Shown here piece after piece: positions 1 to 12,622 of a stretch of 64,000 bases of DNA. Source of the DNA: Octopus bimaculoides (lineage: Eukaryota); the NCBI RefSeq assembly GCF_001194135.2, contig NC_068992.1:50464452-50528451 (forward strand). Direction: 5' to 3'. Below the pieces are notes generated by a model. The model was not told the DNA's origin, did no database searches, and saw only the letters and a list, made by a program, of their open reading frames with translations. The number at the start of each line of letters is the position of its first letter. Position 1 is the first letter of the stretch. The position numbers and the translations under genes were made by a program.

Positions 1-34
<34 letters not shown>

Positions 35-54
35 ACATACATACATACATACAT

Positions 55-95
<41 letters not shown>

Positions 96-380
96 TATAC
101 ATGCTTGTTGCGTGTGCATACAAATATAGGCTTATATAGATACTGATATAAATACATACATACATACATACATACATACATACATGCATATATATATATA
201 TAGAGAGAGAGAGAGGGATGAAACTTTCAGTTGGTATCTATACATACATGGATAAGCATACGCGCACACACACATATATATGAGAGTGTATATATAATAT
301 GTATTTATGCATAACATTGTGAATGGCTGTATATATGCACACACACATACACACACATACACACAGACACACACATGCAA
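1..380. repeat. Compound microsatellite (TG)n/(CATA)n/(TA)n/(GA)n/(CA)n
   Basis: Directly visible simple repeats; the overlapping ORFs are low-complexity artefacts. Confidence 0.95.
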
Positions 381-724
381 AATGAATGTTACTATACATT
401 TATGTGTATATCAAGTTACTTGAAATTCATGTTCTGTAAGCATCATCATTTGAATTTTCCACAAAAGTAATTTTCGCATGACTGGTCAATCGACGAAAAT
501 TTGAGAGCTGCTAGCATTAAGTATTTTCTTTTCCCTGCTCTCTTTTTCTGTCTGATTTTATGGAATCTATATCGCTACTGTGTGTTATTTTCACGCTATC
601 ATATCATTGATATTCGCTATCGGTGTCATTGTTTGCTGCTATTCATATGTGTTCATGCGCATGTTTGTGTTTGTGTATGTGTGAATGTGTGTGTGTGTGT
701 ATGTGAGTGTGTGTGTTTATTTTA

Positions 725-839
725 CGAGGAATATGTTAATGGAGACTACGAAACCTCACCTCCTTTGCCTTCATCAGTCTGTTTCAAGCCGAAAAAAATC
801 CAAAGTGAAACACAGTTTGATGAAAACGAGCAAATTTAA
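725..839 (+). other. Possible coding exon or relic (EEYVNGDYETSPPLPSSVCFKPKKIQSETQFDENEQI*)
   Basis: Non-repetitive open frame with Tyr/Pro motifs. No convincing acceptor upstream; a strong acceptor (ttttgcag) follows at about 869. Confidence 0.2.
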
Positions 840-1307
840 ACACGTTGTCTTTTTCAATTTCTTTTGCAGACAATGACATGCGCGCTCATACGTACGGTAG
901 TGATTATGCTTACATGAATTCATGAGCATTCCATTGCATACGCATGCCTATTCTTTCATTTTTATCTTTTCTTATCAAAGAATTAGATTCTCGCATTCTT
1001 TGGTTTTGATAAACATCTTGCTGTGTTGTACTCGAATGATACTGCCTTAGCATGAAATATTAGAATATTAGATGAAATAAAGTTTACAGAATGTGATTTC
1101 CTCCATATATGCTCCTAATTCATACGATCACCGAATTACCTTTCTTTTCTTATTGAAATTACTAAAATAAATATGTGTAATATGAAGCAAAATCTAAGAT
1201 GCCGCTTTCGCTGATATAAAGAGAAATGAAATATTGTTACAACCACCATCTTCGATCAGAAAAAGAAAATTTGACAATATAATTGTTAATACTCTCACGA
1301 AACAAGG

Positions 1308-1503
1308 TGGTGAGCTGGCAGATTGGTTACTGCTCCGGGAAACATTCTTAGCGATATTTCTTCCCACCTGCCGCTGGGGTTGACCTTGCCCTTCATCCTT
1401 TCGGGATCGATGAAATAAGAATCAGCTGAACACTAGTGTTGATGTAATCAACTTATCCTCTCCTTCAAAACTGCTGGACGTTTACCAAAGTTTGAAACCA
1501 ATA
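1308..1503 (+). mobile_element. tRNA-derived SINE, family B (diverged copy)
   Basis: gagctggcag...cttcatcctttcgggatcgatgaaataag...gatgtaatcaactta...tttgaaaccaatatt aligns with the other family B copies in the window. Confidence 0.75.
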
Positions 1504-1984
1504 TTCACATGAAATGATAGCATTATCAAGGTTGGAACAAGAGTCACTTTGATGCGGAATGATGAAACTTGCTGCGGTATATTTTCTCTTGTTCTCTGCT
1601 CACTAAATTGAAAGGTCACCTCGGTCAGTTTTACAATTCATATTTTTAAAATGAATTAAATAACGTTTCTTTTCAGAAGTGCTAGATTTGCGGAATATTT
1701 AAAGTGTCAGAAACAGCCTGTTGCGGTGTTTGCCCTTATTCTTTTTACACTGACGTCTTAGGTGATAGACTTTATTGAATGGTTTGTCTCCATCCTATGG
1801 TCCTGTGATGAATTTTGCGGAATTCATTTTACTCTTTTATGTGGAATACATCTAGTTATTAAACAACATGTATTCCCTTCCTGCTACTAACTTTCGAAGC
1901 ACTGTGAAAGAAAAAACAAAAAGATGTGGCTACTGGTCTCCTCTGCTTTATAAAAGAGTGGAAAAATACACCAGAGAAACCTAT

Positions 1985-2035
1985 GGTATGCTCTGGGTGG
2001 ATTTACTAGACAAAAACCGAAGGAAGGCCGTTGTA
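1985..2035 (+). mobile_element. SINE family A, partial 3' end of the head running into a microsatellite
   Basis: gggtggatttactagacaaaaaccgaaggaaggccgttgtatata resembles the reverse complement of 24752-24790 and 57020-57060. Confidence 0.5.
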
Positions 2036-2723
2036 TATATATATATGTATATATACATACATACAAACATACATATATATATATATATATATATACATAC
2101 GTACATACATACATACATNNNNNNNNNNNNNNNNNNNNNNNNNNNNNNNNNNNNNNNNNNNNNNNNNNNNNNNNNNNNNNNNNNNNNNNNNNNNNNNNNN
2201 NNNNNNNNNNNNNNNNNNNNNNNNNNNNNNNNNNNNNNNNNNNNNNNNNNNNNNNNNNNNNNNNNNNNNNNNNNNNNNNNNNNNNNNNNNNNNNNNNNNN
2301 NNNNNNNNNNNNNNNNNNNNNNNNNNNNNNNNNNNNNNNNNNNNNNNNNNNNNNNNNNNNNNNNNNNNNNNNNNNNNNNNNNNNNNNNNNNNNNNNNNNN
2401 NNNNNNNNNNNNNNNNNNNNNNNNNNNNNNNNNNNNNNNNNNNNNNNNNNNNNNNNNNNNNNNNNNNNNNNNNNNNNNNNNNNNNNNNNNNNNNNNNNNN
2501 NNNNNNNNNNNNNNNNNNNNNNNNNNNNNNNNNNNNNNNNNNNNNNNNNNNNNNNNNNNNNNNNNNNNNNNNNNNNNNNNNNNNNNNNNNNNNNNNNNNN
2601 NNNNNNNNNNNNNNNNNNNNNNNNNNNNNNNNNNNNNNNNNNNNNNNNNNNNNNNNNNNNNNNNNNNNNNNNNNNNNNNNNNNNNNNNNNNNNNNNNNNN
2701 NNNNNNNNNNNNNNNNNNNNNNN

Positions 2724-2766
<43 letters not shown>

Positions 2767-2928
2767 ACATATTGCTTCGTTGTTCATAGTACGTAAACGG
2801 GAGGTGCTTTGGCCTCACGTTTCAATAGTTAGTGTCAGACTAGGCATCCAACTGTAAAAGCAATTGTTCCAAATATTAAAAAGGTAAAGCAGGTTTTTTC
2901 CATAGAAAATTGATCTTAATACATTAAT

Positions 2929-2930
<2 letters not shown>

Positions 2931-3008
<78 letters not shown>

Positions 3009-3095
3009 GTATCTATCTGCCACCTCTCTAGTTATCTATACATGCATAAATCCATGCATACATACATACATACATACATACATACATACATACAT
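2931..3095. repeat. (TATC)n(TGTC)n and (CATA)n tetranucleotide microsatellites
   Basis: Directly visible. Confidence 0.95.
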
Positions 3096-3284
3096 AAACA
3101 ACACTCACATGCTTGTGTACACCTCTATAACTGTGTATGTATGCACGGTGTACACAATTAGTAGGAAATGCTCGGTTATTGTAGTTTTTATGAAGGAGCA
3201 GCCACAGATTAGAATATAACCAAATTTCTTAAGATGAGAGTTGTATCTACCTCTGAGCTTCAGAGGGAGAGTGAGAATAAGTGA

Positions 3285-3331
<47 letters not shown>

Positions 3332-3562
3332 AAAAAGGAACAAATAAATTGGTAGAATGAGAAAGAGAGAGAGAGAGAGCGATAGAGAGAGGAGACAGGT
3401 TATGTATGTTTGTGTCAGTTCAGTTGTTGACGGGAAGCCTAGTCGACCATGATATAGCTAAGTAATCATATGATCTCTTTCAGAATCAGCACACGGGCTC
3501 GTGCACACATACACACAAACACAGAAACTTACATTCATACCCCAGGTGTGTGTATACGTTTA

Positions 3563-3594
<32 letters not shown>

Positions 3595-3741
3595 NNNNNN
3601 NNNNNNNNNNNNNNNNNNNNNNNNNNNNNNNNNNNNNNNNNNNNNNNNNNNNNNNNNNNNNNNNNNNNNNNNNNNNNNNNNNNNNNNNNNNNNNNNNNNN
3701 NNNNNNNNNNNNNNNNNNNNNNNNNNNNNNNNNNNNNNNNN

Positions 3742-3774
<33 letters not shown>

Positions 3775-4794
3775 AAACAGACACACACATATCATATGTA
3801 TATATGTGTGTATGTATATACTGTGCATACAAGAACATTGAGACTTGGAATCTTCGTTCGTGTGTAATCAATCAGTAAGATGGCTGGATTACCAAGAAAG
3901 TATTCGTTTTGAAAGGATAATCTTCATACACAATCAATGTCTGCCAAATGACGTCCGAGTCAGTCTTTTGATTGAAATCCTTCCAGTCTTGTAATTCAAA
4001 TTATACTCGGCTTCATGATAACTTTATTTTACTTGTCAAGCCAAAGTGATCTGTAATTTTTCAATTGTCTGTCTCATCAACAAAACCAGATTTTTTCACT
4101 GTTTACAATCTCTTGTATTATTTCGCTTTTTTGTTGTTTTGAATAGAACTCCTTTCTTGCAATCGTTCGTTCTGGTTTCTTTCACTCCTGTCTTTTTACT
4201 CTCTCTGTTTTCATCATTGATTCTTCTTTGGTCTGGTAAATATTTTTTGAATGAAATCAACTCTTCATCTGGTTTCTCTTTGCGTACCCATCATGCTCTC
4301 ACAATAATATTTTCTAACACAGGCACCAGACTAAAATATTAGATATTTGTTTCGACTCTAGCACTTCATTGGTATTTCTTGATATTAATCTCGGAGAGAA
4401 AAATTGACCGCGACTGCATTTGAAATCATTAAGGTGCTGGAATGAGGTATTTTATTAACCCTCTATAGGTTTTGTCAACTCTCCACCGCACAATTTGTAG
4501 CTGTCACTCGCAAGCAACAACTACATAAACATATACAACATTCTCTCTGCCTTACAGGTCTTGACTCAACTGAAAAAATCATAATGCGATAGCTGGGAAG
4601 AGAGAGAGACGGGGGATGAAAGAAAGAGAGATAGAGAAAGAGAGAAGAGAGATGGGGAAGAGAGGGAAGAAAGGAATGGAGGCTGTATCAGTCCTAGGCT
4701 GGCTCTTATTGCAGCTGGAGTATTCATTCAACGATAAATGAAGTTCGCCTTCAGCTGCCTCATGCTATCTAGTTGAAAATTTAACCGCCCGACA

Positions 4795-5010
4795 CTCTTT
4801 TCTACTGTAGGCACAAGGCCCGAAATGTTTGGGGAGGGGACCAGTCGATTAGATTGACACCAGTACAGAACTGGTACTTAATTTATCGACCCCGAAATGA
4901 TGAAAGGCAAAGTCGACCTCGGCGGAATTTGAACTCAGTACGTAGCGGCAGACGAAATACCACTAAGCATTTCGCCCGGTGTGCTAACGTTTCTGCCAGC
5001 TCGCCGCCTT
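4795..5010 (-). mobile_element. tRNA-derived SINE, family B (near full length)
   Basis: ggcacaaggcc...tttatcgaccccgaaatgatgaaaggcaaagtcgacctcggcggaatttgaactcag...ctgccagctcgccgcctt. On the minus strand this gives an A-box-like start and a B-box-like gagttcaaattcc. Confidence 0.9.
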
Positions 5011-5517
5011 CTGTTCAACCGCACAATATTGTAATCGTGAGCCCAACACACTAACCACATTTTAACTCGTATAATTATAATGCTACAAACATATTAATTT
5101 TGTCGTTCATCCTGCTACATTGAGCAATACCCCATTCTCATTAAATCACACCTTCCCATTTGTTAAGACAGAACAGGTTGAAAAAATTTACATGTCTTAC
5201 ATACAAAACGGCTGAAAAAAGAGAGACAGTTTATAAATGTGATGTTTGGATCCTGATTCAACGCGAATAAATTGTTCTGGTTTAAACAATAAGAGTATCA
5301 ATCAGAATAAGTCGTGACGTAGACAGTGAGTGTGACAGAAATACTTATGAAAATTTCACCGTCAAAAGCAACATGAAAAAGTTATTAGTTATACTATGTT
5401 TCAAAAATATGTACTTGTCATGGATGAAATCTTTATGACCATAGGCTAACAGGTTTTCTCTGGTACTAAAAACACCATCCTAACTACCTCTCTCAAGAAA
5501 AACAATCTTTCTTTCTA

Positions 5518-5690
5518 ATTTTGGCATAAAGCCAGGAGACTTCAGGAGAAGAAATTACTCAGTTTCATCTACCATACTGGAACTTATTTTATCGACCCCG
5601 AAAGAATGATAAGTAAATTCTACCTCGGCGGAATTTGTGCTCAAAACGTAAAGAGCCGGAAGCAGCTCCACCAAGCGATTGCTGGCCTCG
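5518..5690 (-). mobile_element. SINE family B (diverged)
   Basis: ttttatcgaccccgaaagaatgataagtaaattctacctcggcggaatttg core shared with 4795-5010. Confidence 0.8.
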
Positions 5691-5741
5691 TGCCACTAAT
5701 GGTGACACAAGCTTGCAGTTTTGATGAAAACGAGTAAGTTG

Positions 5742-5900
5742 ATCACCTAGACACCAGGAGGACTTATCTGGTACATATCTTATCAAGTGCGACAGGAAAG
5801 AAAGGCAGAACCGTCGTCGGCGTAATTTGAACTCAGAACCTAAAAAAATGCCGCAAAGCATTTTGTTCGACGCAACATCGATTCTAGTATTTCGCCGCCT
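5742..5900 (-). mobile_element. SINE family B (diverged)
   Basis: ctggtac...aaaggcaga...cggcgtaatttgaactcagaac...tcgccgcctt shared with 4795-5010. Confidence 0.75.
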
Positions 5901-8046
5901 TACCAACAACAGCAATAATAATATCTAAATACTATCCGAAACACATTAGTGAAAGCAGAATTTGAAAGGTGTTTGTGTAGTGTTAACGGAAAAAATATCT
6001 AAAATTCCAAATAGAATGGTTCTGAAAGAGTCTTGGTAAGGGAAGAATAATTTTTCGCATTTGTCAGTTCCATCAACAGAAATCAGACTTTTGTGGTGTC
6101 TGGAAATTCTTTGGTTTTTTTTTTTCCTTTCCTTTTTTTTTCTGCCAATATTTTGCTTAGTATGTTCTTGCTTGTCTGTGATAAATGTTATTAGAAATAT
6201 ATATTATCTGACTTGTGAAATTACATCTGAGAGTGAAATTCCACAGAATATGCTCAACATTTCTTAGAAAGAAGTGTTGTTGTAGCTGATACTGTCCTTT
6301 TTATTGTTGCTGTTGTTGTTGTTGTTGATGATACTCTTGTTGTATGCGGTGGTGTTATTTTGCTGTATCTGTTATTTCTGTGATATGCAATAACTAAGTT
6401 ATTTTTGCATTAAGTAAAGTTACAAACCATTTTTTTAAAAATATCTTTTTTGATTTTCAGTCTTTTACTTTTACTCTTTTTTCTTTTCCATTTTGTTTTT
6501 CTGCTTTATCTTTTACTTTTTCCTGTATCATCTATTGCCTCAGCTCATTTATTAACACAGTGACCAGTCGACGGATCACATGACTGCGAATATGGCCACC
6601 TAGCTGTCTGTGGTAATGCACATAAGAAAAGCAACAGAAATGATTACTGAAAAAATATAGCATATACAAATAGTGTTTCCAAATCAGAAGTAGCTAGTAA
6701 CCAAAATACAAATTGAAGTTTTCGCATTTTAACCCTCGCAATTTGTCTTTCTACATATTACGCTGTAGCTTGTAAAGTCAATTTGTTGAGAACTACGCAA
6801 CGGTTTATTAATGCTTATACCTATATTGTGATACGACAGACTGAATTGAGCACTTTGTGACATACCTTCTCAGTATGTCACAAGGTACTGAATTCAATCT
6901 ATTCTATATTGCTTTATTTTACACTTATTAATAAATAATGTAATTAGTTACAGACTAATAACTGGCCAGCTTCTGGAAACAAGTCAAGTCCATATCTGTT
7001 CCCTCGCAAGCTTTTCCTTACACATAACTGAATGATACATACACACAACATTCATAGAATACATACATACAAACATATATCAGTTTGTGTGCATGTGTCT
7101 GACTGTATATGTGCATTGTCAATATTTCCAGCTATCCTCATCAACGGCAGAATGCGCGCTAACATGATAGATTTGCTTCCATATTGTAAATCTGTGTTAT
7201 TGGACATAGTTCATGTTTGTTTTTTATTCACCACGACAATGTCCGGATTCCGATGTCTGGTCAGGTGATCATTGAATCCCACAGGATTTTGAAATTCTTA
7301 TTTTCGATGACTCCTTCTGAAGTTTGTTTTATTATTGTTATCATATCGATCTTGATCTGAGGCAGGAACAATTAAAGCATCAGAGCAAATGCTTTGTGAT
7401 ATTTGTTCTGACTCCTTATATTCTTTATTGAATACTAGACGAGGTTTATTTTGCTTTCGATCCTCTTAAGTTCGCTGTAATAAAGTCAGATTAACTGGCG
7501 GTTTCAACTAGCTCCTACCCAACATCGTGGTCAGATCTCAACAATTATTCAAACTATTCCAGCTGAATGCATTCTCATCTTTTATACAGATCCCAATGTA
7601 ATGACGAACCATTCTCCGGCCGCGATATATGACAGATTTCGCTATTACTTTTAGAAATTGGAATGAGATTCCCTTAATTGGCAAGTTCCATTATTACGAG
7701 TTCTCTAAGTAGGTGACTTACTACGTGTGACGAGAACAATTCTTATAAAGTAAGTGTGGCTGAGGGATTGGAAAAAAGAGGAAATAAAATATGGCGGTAA
7801 TATGTGGAAAAGACATTAATATTATATATTATAGCTAAGATTGAGATTTCTGCTCTCTTATGAATAGCTAAAGAACAAAACAATATATGTGAAGCTTTCA
7901 ATCTTTTAGGAAGGAAAGAGAAATCATTATTTTGTATCCCGTGTTTATAAATTATATAAATCATTCCTACACTTAGAAGAACGAAAAACAAATAAAAGCA
8001 AAATGCTTAGCGTTTTAGCAACACTATTATAGTACACAAATGCATG

Positions 8047-8088
<42 letters not shown>

Positions 8089-8268
8089 TACACACACGCA
8101 TACATATATGTACATCTTTCTATATACACACACACAAACTCATACAATAATACATTCATTAATAAATACACATTTACTTACATATACACAAATATGAACC
8201 CTCGTAAACACACTCATACACGCATACGTATATTTATACGTAAATGAATGCATATACATGCAGAAATG

Positions 8269-8300
<32 letters not shown>

Positions 8301-9109
8301 NNNNNNNNNNCCATTACATGCACGTGCAAATATATAGATATATTCAAACATAAATATAGATAGTTTTGGAATTCTATCCCTAATCTCTTTATAGTAAAAT
8401 CTAAAGAACATTTAACTATAAAACAGTAATAAGAAAACTTATTTCCTTAATTGCTTCCTGTTTAGCTTTCCATATAAAAGTCCATTAATGATTATTATTT
8501 AATTCAATACATCCCACATAGTTCGGATTAAATTAACGAAATCCATTTCTCTAAGTGCTAGCCAATTTATCATTGACTACGGCATGGAATTCTCATTTAC
8601 CAAATATTTAAGAATGAAAAATAAAATATTCATTTTATATAAAAGCTTCTGGGATTAAGTTTTTCACCAGAACGTAGATAATTTCTTCTGGTTAATAATC
8701 TGTTTCTCATTATTGATTAACGAAGGAAAACATTTTTCAGGAAAACTTCATTCTTTCTGTGTTGCTTCATTATTAAATATGCATGAATTCATCGAAATAC
8801 AAATGTCAGCAGAAAATTTGTGGAAATAGGACCAAGAAAATCTAGTTATCATTCTGAAAGAAAACACCATAATTTTCAGAAATATGTAACATCAACCTGG
8901 TCTTAAATTAACATCCTTATATATATGTTATCACAAAATGTTTTCAGACATGAGACTTTCTGTTTTTCCTGGCATGAAACATCAGATTAAATACTAGATC
9001 TTCATAGTACACACAAAGAATAGTTGAAATAATGCTATGAATGATATAACGTAAAATATCTATTTTAAAACGCTGAACTATATTGTGATTCACAGATATA
9101 TTCCATTCA

Positions 9110-9290
9110 AAACGTTGAAAATCTTATGTTCGTAGATGTGTTGTACACTAACGTCTCGAAGGATGGCGGATTCAATGACAAGATTATCTTTACACGACTT
9201 GCTAGCTCTGACAAAACTACCGATAGAAAAAAAGAAGCCATAATATTACGTGGTCTACATTGCCATTCTCTCTACATGTAAAAACCAACA
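9110..9290 (+). mobile_element. Possible Penelope-like reverse transcriptase relic
   Basis: Frame reads ENLMFVDVLYTNVSKDGG...DRKKEAIILRGL, resembling the PLE RT segment DVxSLYTNIP...KEFILEGL as I recall it. Highly diverged. Confidence 0.35.
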
Positions 9291-10053
9291 TAGCAAATGT
9301 AGTTTAGCTCACAGTGTTACGTAGTTCCAATTAAACTACGTGTACGGGCAGTTATTGAAGCATAACACATTCGAGGTTAAAGTACATTAATCATATTAGT
9401 TAGATGTACATTGTCTAACAAATGAAAGAGATATAATACAAGCTGTACATGCAAGTGTGAAAAGTTATGTCGGCACAAAAATACTTGCTATTGATTGCAT
9501 TATCGCTCTGTAGCATAGAAAATTCAGGATAGAAGTGTGTCGTTTGAGGCATATGTAAGCATAATTTCAAAAGACAGTGAAACAACCACATTTCACATTT
9601 CCTTAACGAAGAAAAGAGGACTATTACAAACATTACAGCTGATATGAAAGCAGGTGCAACTATTGTGCACATTGCACCCGCTCTTATTTCAAGACAAAAG
9701 TTGTTGTCAAAAGTGAATTACTTGTCTTCTAGCATCAGTCGCAGTTCTATTATAAATGTTTCTGAGAACAACTACTGATTTTTATGTGGATATTTGTCTA
9801 TCCAGAATTTCAACGCACCCAATCATAATGCTTTCAGGATTTTTGTGTAGGTTTCAATCTTATCAAAACTAAAGAGAATCGTCTCTGTATTTACTCTTTC
9901 TGGAATATGATTTAAAACAACACCAGATCTTATAAAACTAGGATAAAATTTGATTAGTCAAAACCTTTCTCTATGTGATGTGGTTCCAGATTCATCATCC
10001 CAAAAGAGTATCATTTCACGTATCCCTAACATTTATAAAATTCATATGCCGTC

Positions 10054-10093
<40 letters not shown>

Positions 10094-10517
10094 TGTATGT
10101 ATGTATGTATATGTAAGTTTGTAGGTATGTATACACATGTATTGCATGCATGAACAAACCCTTTCCTCGAAAAAAGTTTTCAAAGTATAGGTATTGTCCT
10201 TGCAGCGCCCACAAACGGCATGTCCACATCCCTTCTAAAAACCAAGGAAACAACACAAACTATGTTTCTATATTTTTCTGACATGAACTGCTCAAAAACA
10301 TCAAACAAATTCACCACTGGCAAACTCCTGTCAAGAGGGAATGAATTATCTAGGACACAAAACTAGGGCTTGAACAGTTCAAGTATCGAATCGAACTAAG
10401 CAGGATTTTAACGACAAACTGCTGTATAATGGGAAATGTGTGCAAAATTCATGTGCCTAACAATAAAGATTTCGTTAATTATTCTACTCATAATCAATGA
10501 ATCACTATTTGTTTGAC

Positions 10518-10895
10518 ATCATTAGCTGTTCCACTTGTTGATGATGAGTGCAAATAAAGTATTGCTCAAGCAACATATTACCCACGCCATCCAACATATG
10601 ATTAACCAACCTTACTTTCAGAACATATAATGAAAGCGATATTAATTTATATAATTTCTCATCGTTTGAAGATGGTAAAATGTCAGCGCATCTCAAATAA
10701 CTACCCGAACTTATTTTCAGATGTAATAATAAATACACTAATTTAAATATCTTTCAATTTTTGAGGAAGATGAAGTGTCTCCACCTCTCCAGCAAATGGC
10801 CACCTATTCTTATTTCCAGAAGATTCACTCAGAAATACGTTAATTTGAATATTTTCACTTATTGAAGATGGTAATGCGTTACCGCCTCTTTTCCT
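10518..10895 (+). repeat. Decayed tandem repeat with 99-bp period (3 copies plus a partial one), probably an ancient coding repeat
   Basis: Anchors ttcaga/tccaga at 10617, 10716 and 10815, exactly 99 bp apart; shared taattt.aata.ttt and ttgaagatggtaa blocks. Confidence 0.65.
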
Positions 10896-11430
10896 CTAAT
10901 TAATTCAGAAAAAAATATTCTTATAAGGAAAACAAATTAATATCAACATTTCTTGATAATAATTTAAAACTTATTTAAACAAAACAAAGCAAAAAAAAAT
11001 GGAATATGTTAAAATTTATTATAAAGCAAAAGTAAACAGAGGTAATAAAATTGAGATGTAAATTATAAGTTTATTGGCAAAAACAGGATGTAACTTTATC
11101 AAACGTTATTGTCTTGAAATAAACGGCTGGGATGAACATTGACGTTTTTATGACGAAGATGACCTTGTGACCAAAATTCTTTACTATTATGATCAATAAA
11201 TAGAAAACTTAGGTAAACACACACACAAACATACAACCACACACGCATGCACACACAGACATGCACACACGTACACACACATGCACACGCACATCCAAAC
11301 ACACGGATACATATATATTCTTTTAAAATATTATGAGAACAAGAATAATGTTTGAGTTTATTGGTGATAGTTGTCTGGAAGTAATTAATTTTAAATATAC
11401 TAGTTATGTTTAAAATTTAATTTTTTCAGT

Positions 11431-11478
<48 letters not shown>

Positions 11479-12582
11479 TATATACATACACATATATTTA
11501 CGCAAACATAAATACAAACACACAGACCTCACACCCACACACGGAACACTGACACTGACACACACACATCGCACACACACGCACACATATTCGAATTTCT
11601 ATTGTTAACATATGGAAAAATATATTTAAAACAATGAAAATAAACAAAGATTATTCTGTTTAGTATAAAAATGGAAATGAAAATGTAGAATATTGCTGAA
11701 GACAAGAAACACTGAATCCACACACACACACATGAATTTATAATATGTATGTACATGAATGCCCCATAGTCATATAAATGTATTTGTATATATNNNNNNN
11801 NNNNNNNNNNNNNNNNNNNNNNNNNNNNNNNNNNNNNNNNNNNNNNNNNNNNNNNNNNNNNNNNNNNNNNNNNNNNNNNNNNNNNNNNNNNNNNNNNNNN
11901 NNNNNNNNNNNNNNNNNNNNNNNNNNNNNNNNNNNNNNNNNNNNNNNNNNNNNNNNNNNNNNNNNNNNNNNNNNNNNNNNNNNNNNNNNNNNNNNNNNNN
12001 NNNNNNNNNNNNNNNNNNNNNNNNNNNNNNNNNNNNNNNNNNNNNNNNNNNNNNNNNNNNNNNNNNNNNNNNNNNNNNNNNNNNNNNNNNNNNNNNNNNN
12101 NNNNNNNNNNNNNNNNNNNNNNNNNNNNNNNNNNNNNNNNNNNNNNNNNNNNNNNNNNNNNNNNNNNNNNNNNNNNNNNNNNNNNNNNNNNNNNNNNNNN
12201 NNNNNNNNNNNNNNNNNNNNNNNNNNNNNNNNNNNNNNNNNNNNNNNNNNNNNNNNNNNNNNNNNNNNNNNNNNNNNNNNNNNNNNNNNNNNNNNNNNNN
12301 NNNNNNNNNNNNNNNNNNNNNNNNNNNNNNNNNNNNNNNNNNNNNNNNNNNNNNNNNNNNNNNNNNNNNNNNNNNNNNNNNNNNNNNNNNNNNNNNNNNN
12401 NNNNNNNNNNNNNNNNNNNNNNNNNNNNNNNNNNNNNNNNNNNNNNNNNNNNNNNNNNNNNNNNNNNNNNNNNNNNNNNNNNNNNNNNNNNNNNNNNNNN
12501 NNNNNNNNNNNNNNNNNNNNNNNNNNNNNNNNNNNNNNNNNNNNNNNNNNNNNNNNNNNNNNNNNNNNNNNNNNNNNNNNNN

Positions 12583-12622
<40 letters not shown>

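Noticed and set aside
6544-6612. Exon-like segment with polypyrimidine acceptor and GT donor
   Set aside because: Stops occur in all frames; at most a non-coding exon, which is unsupported.
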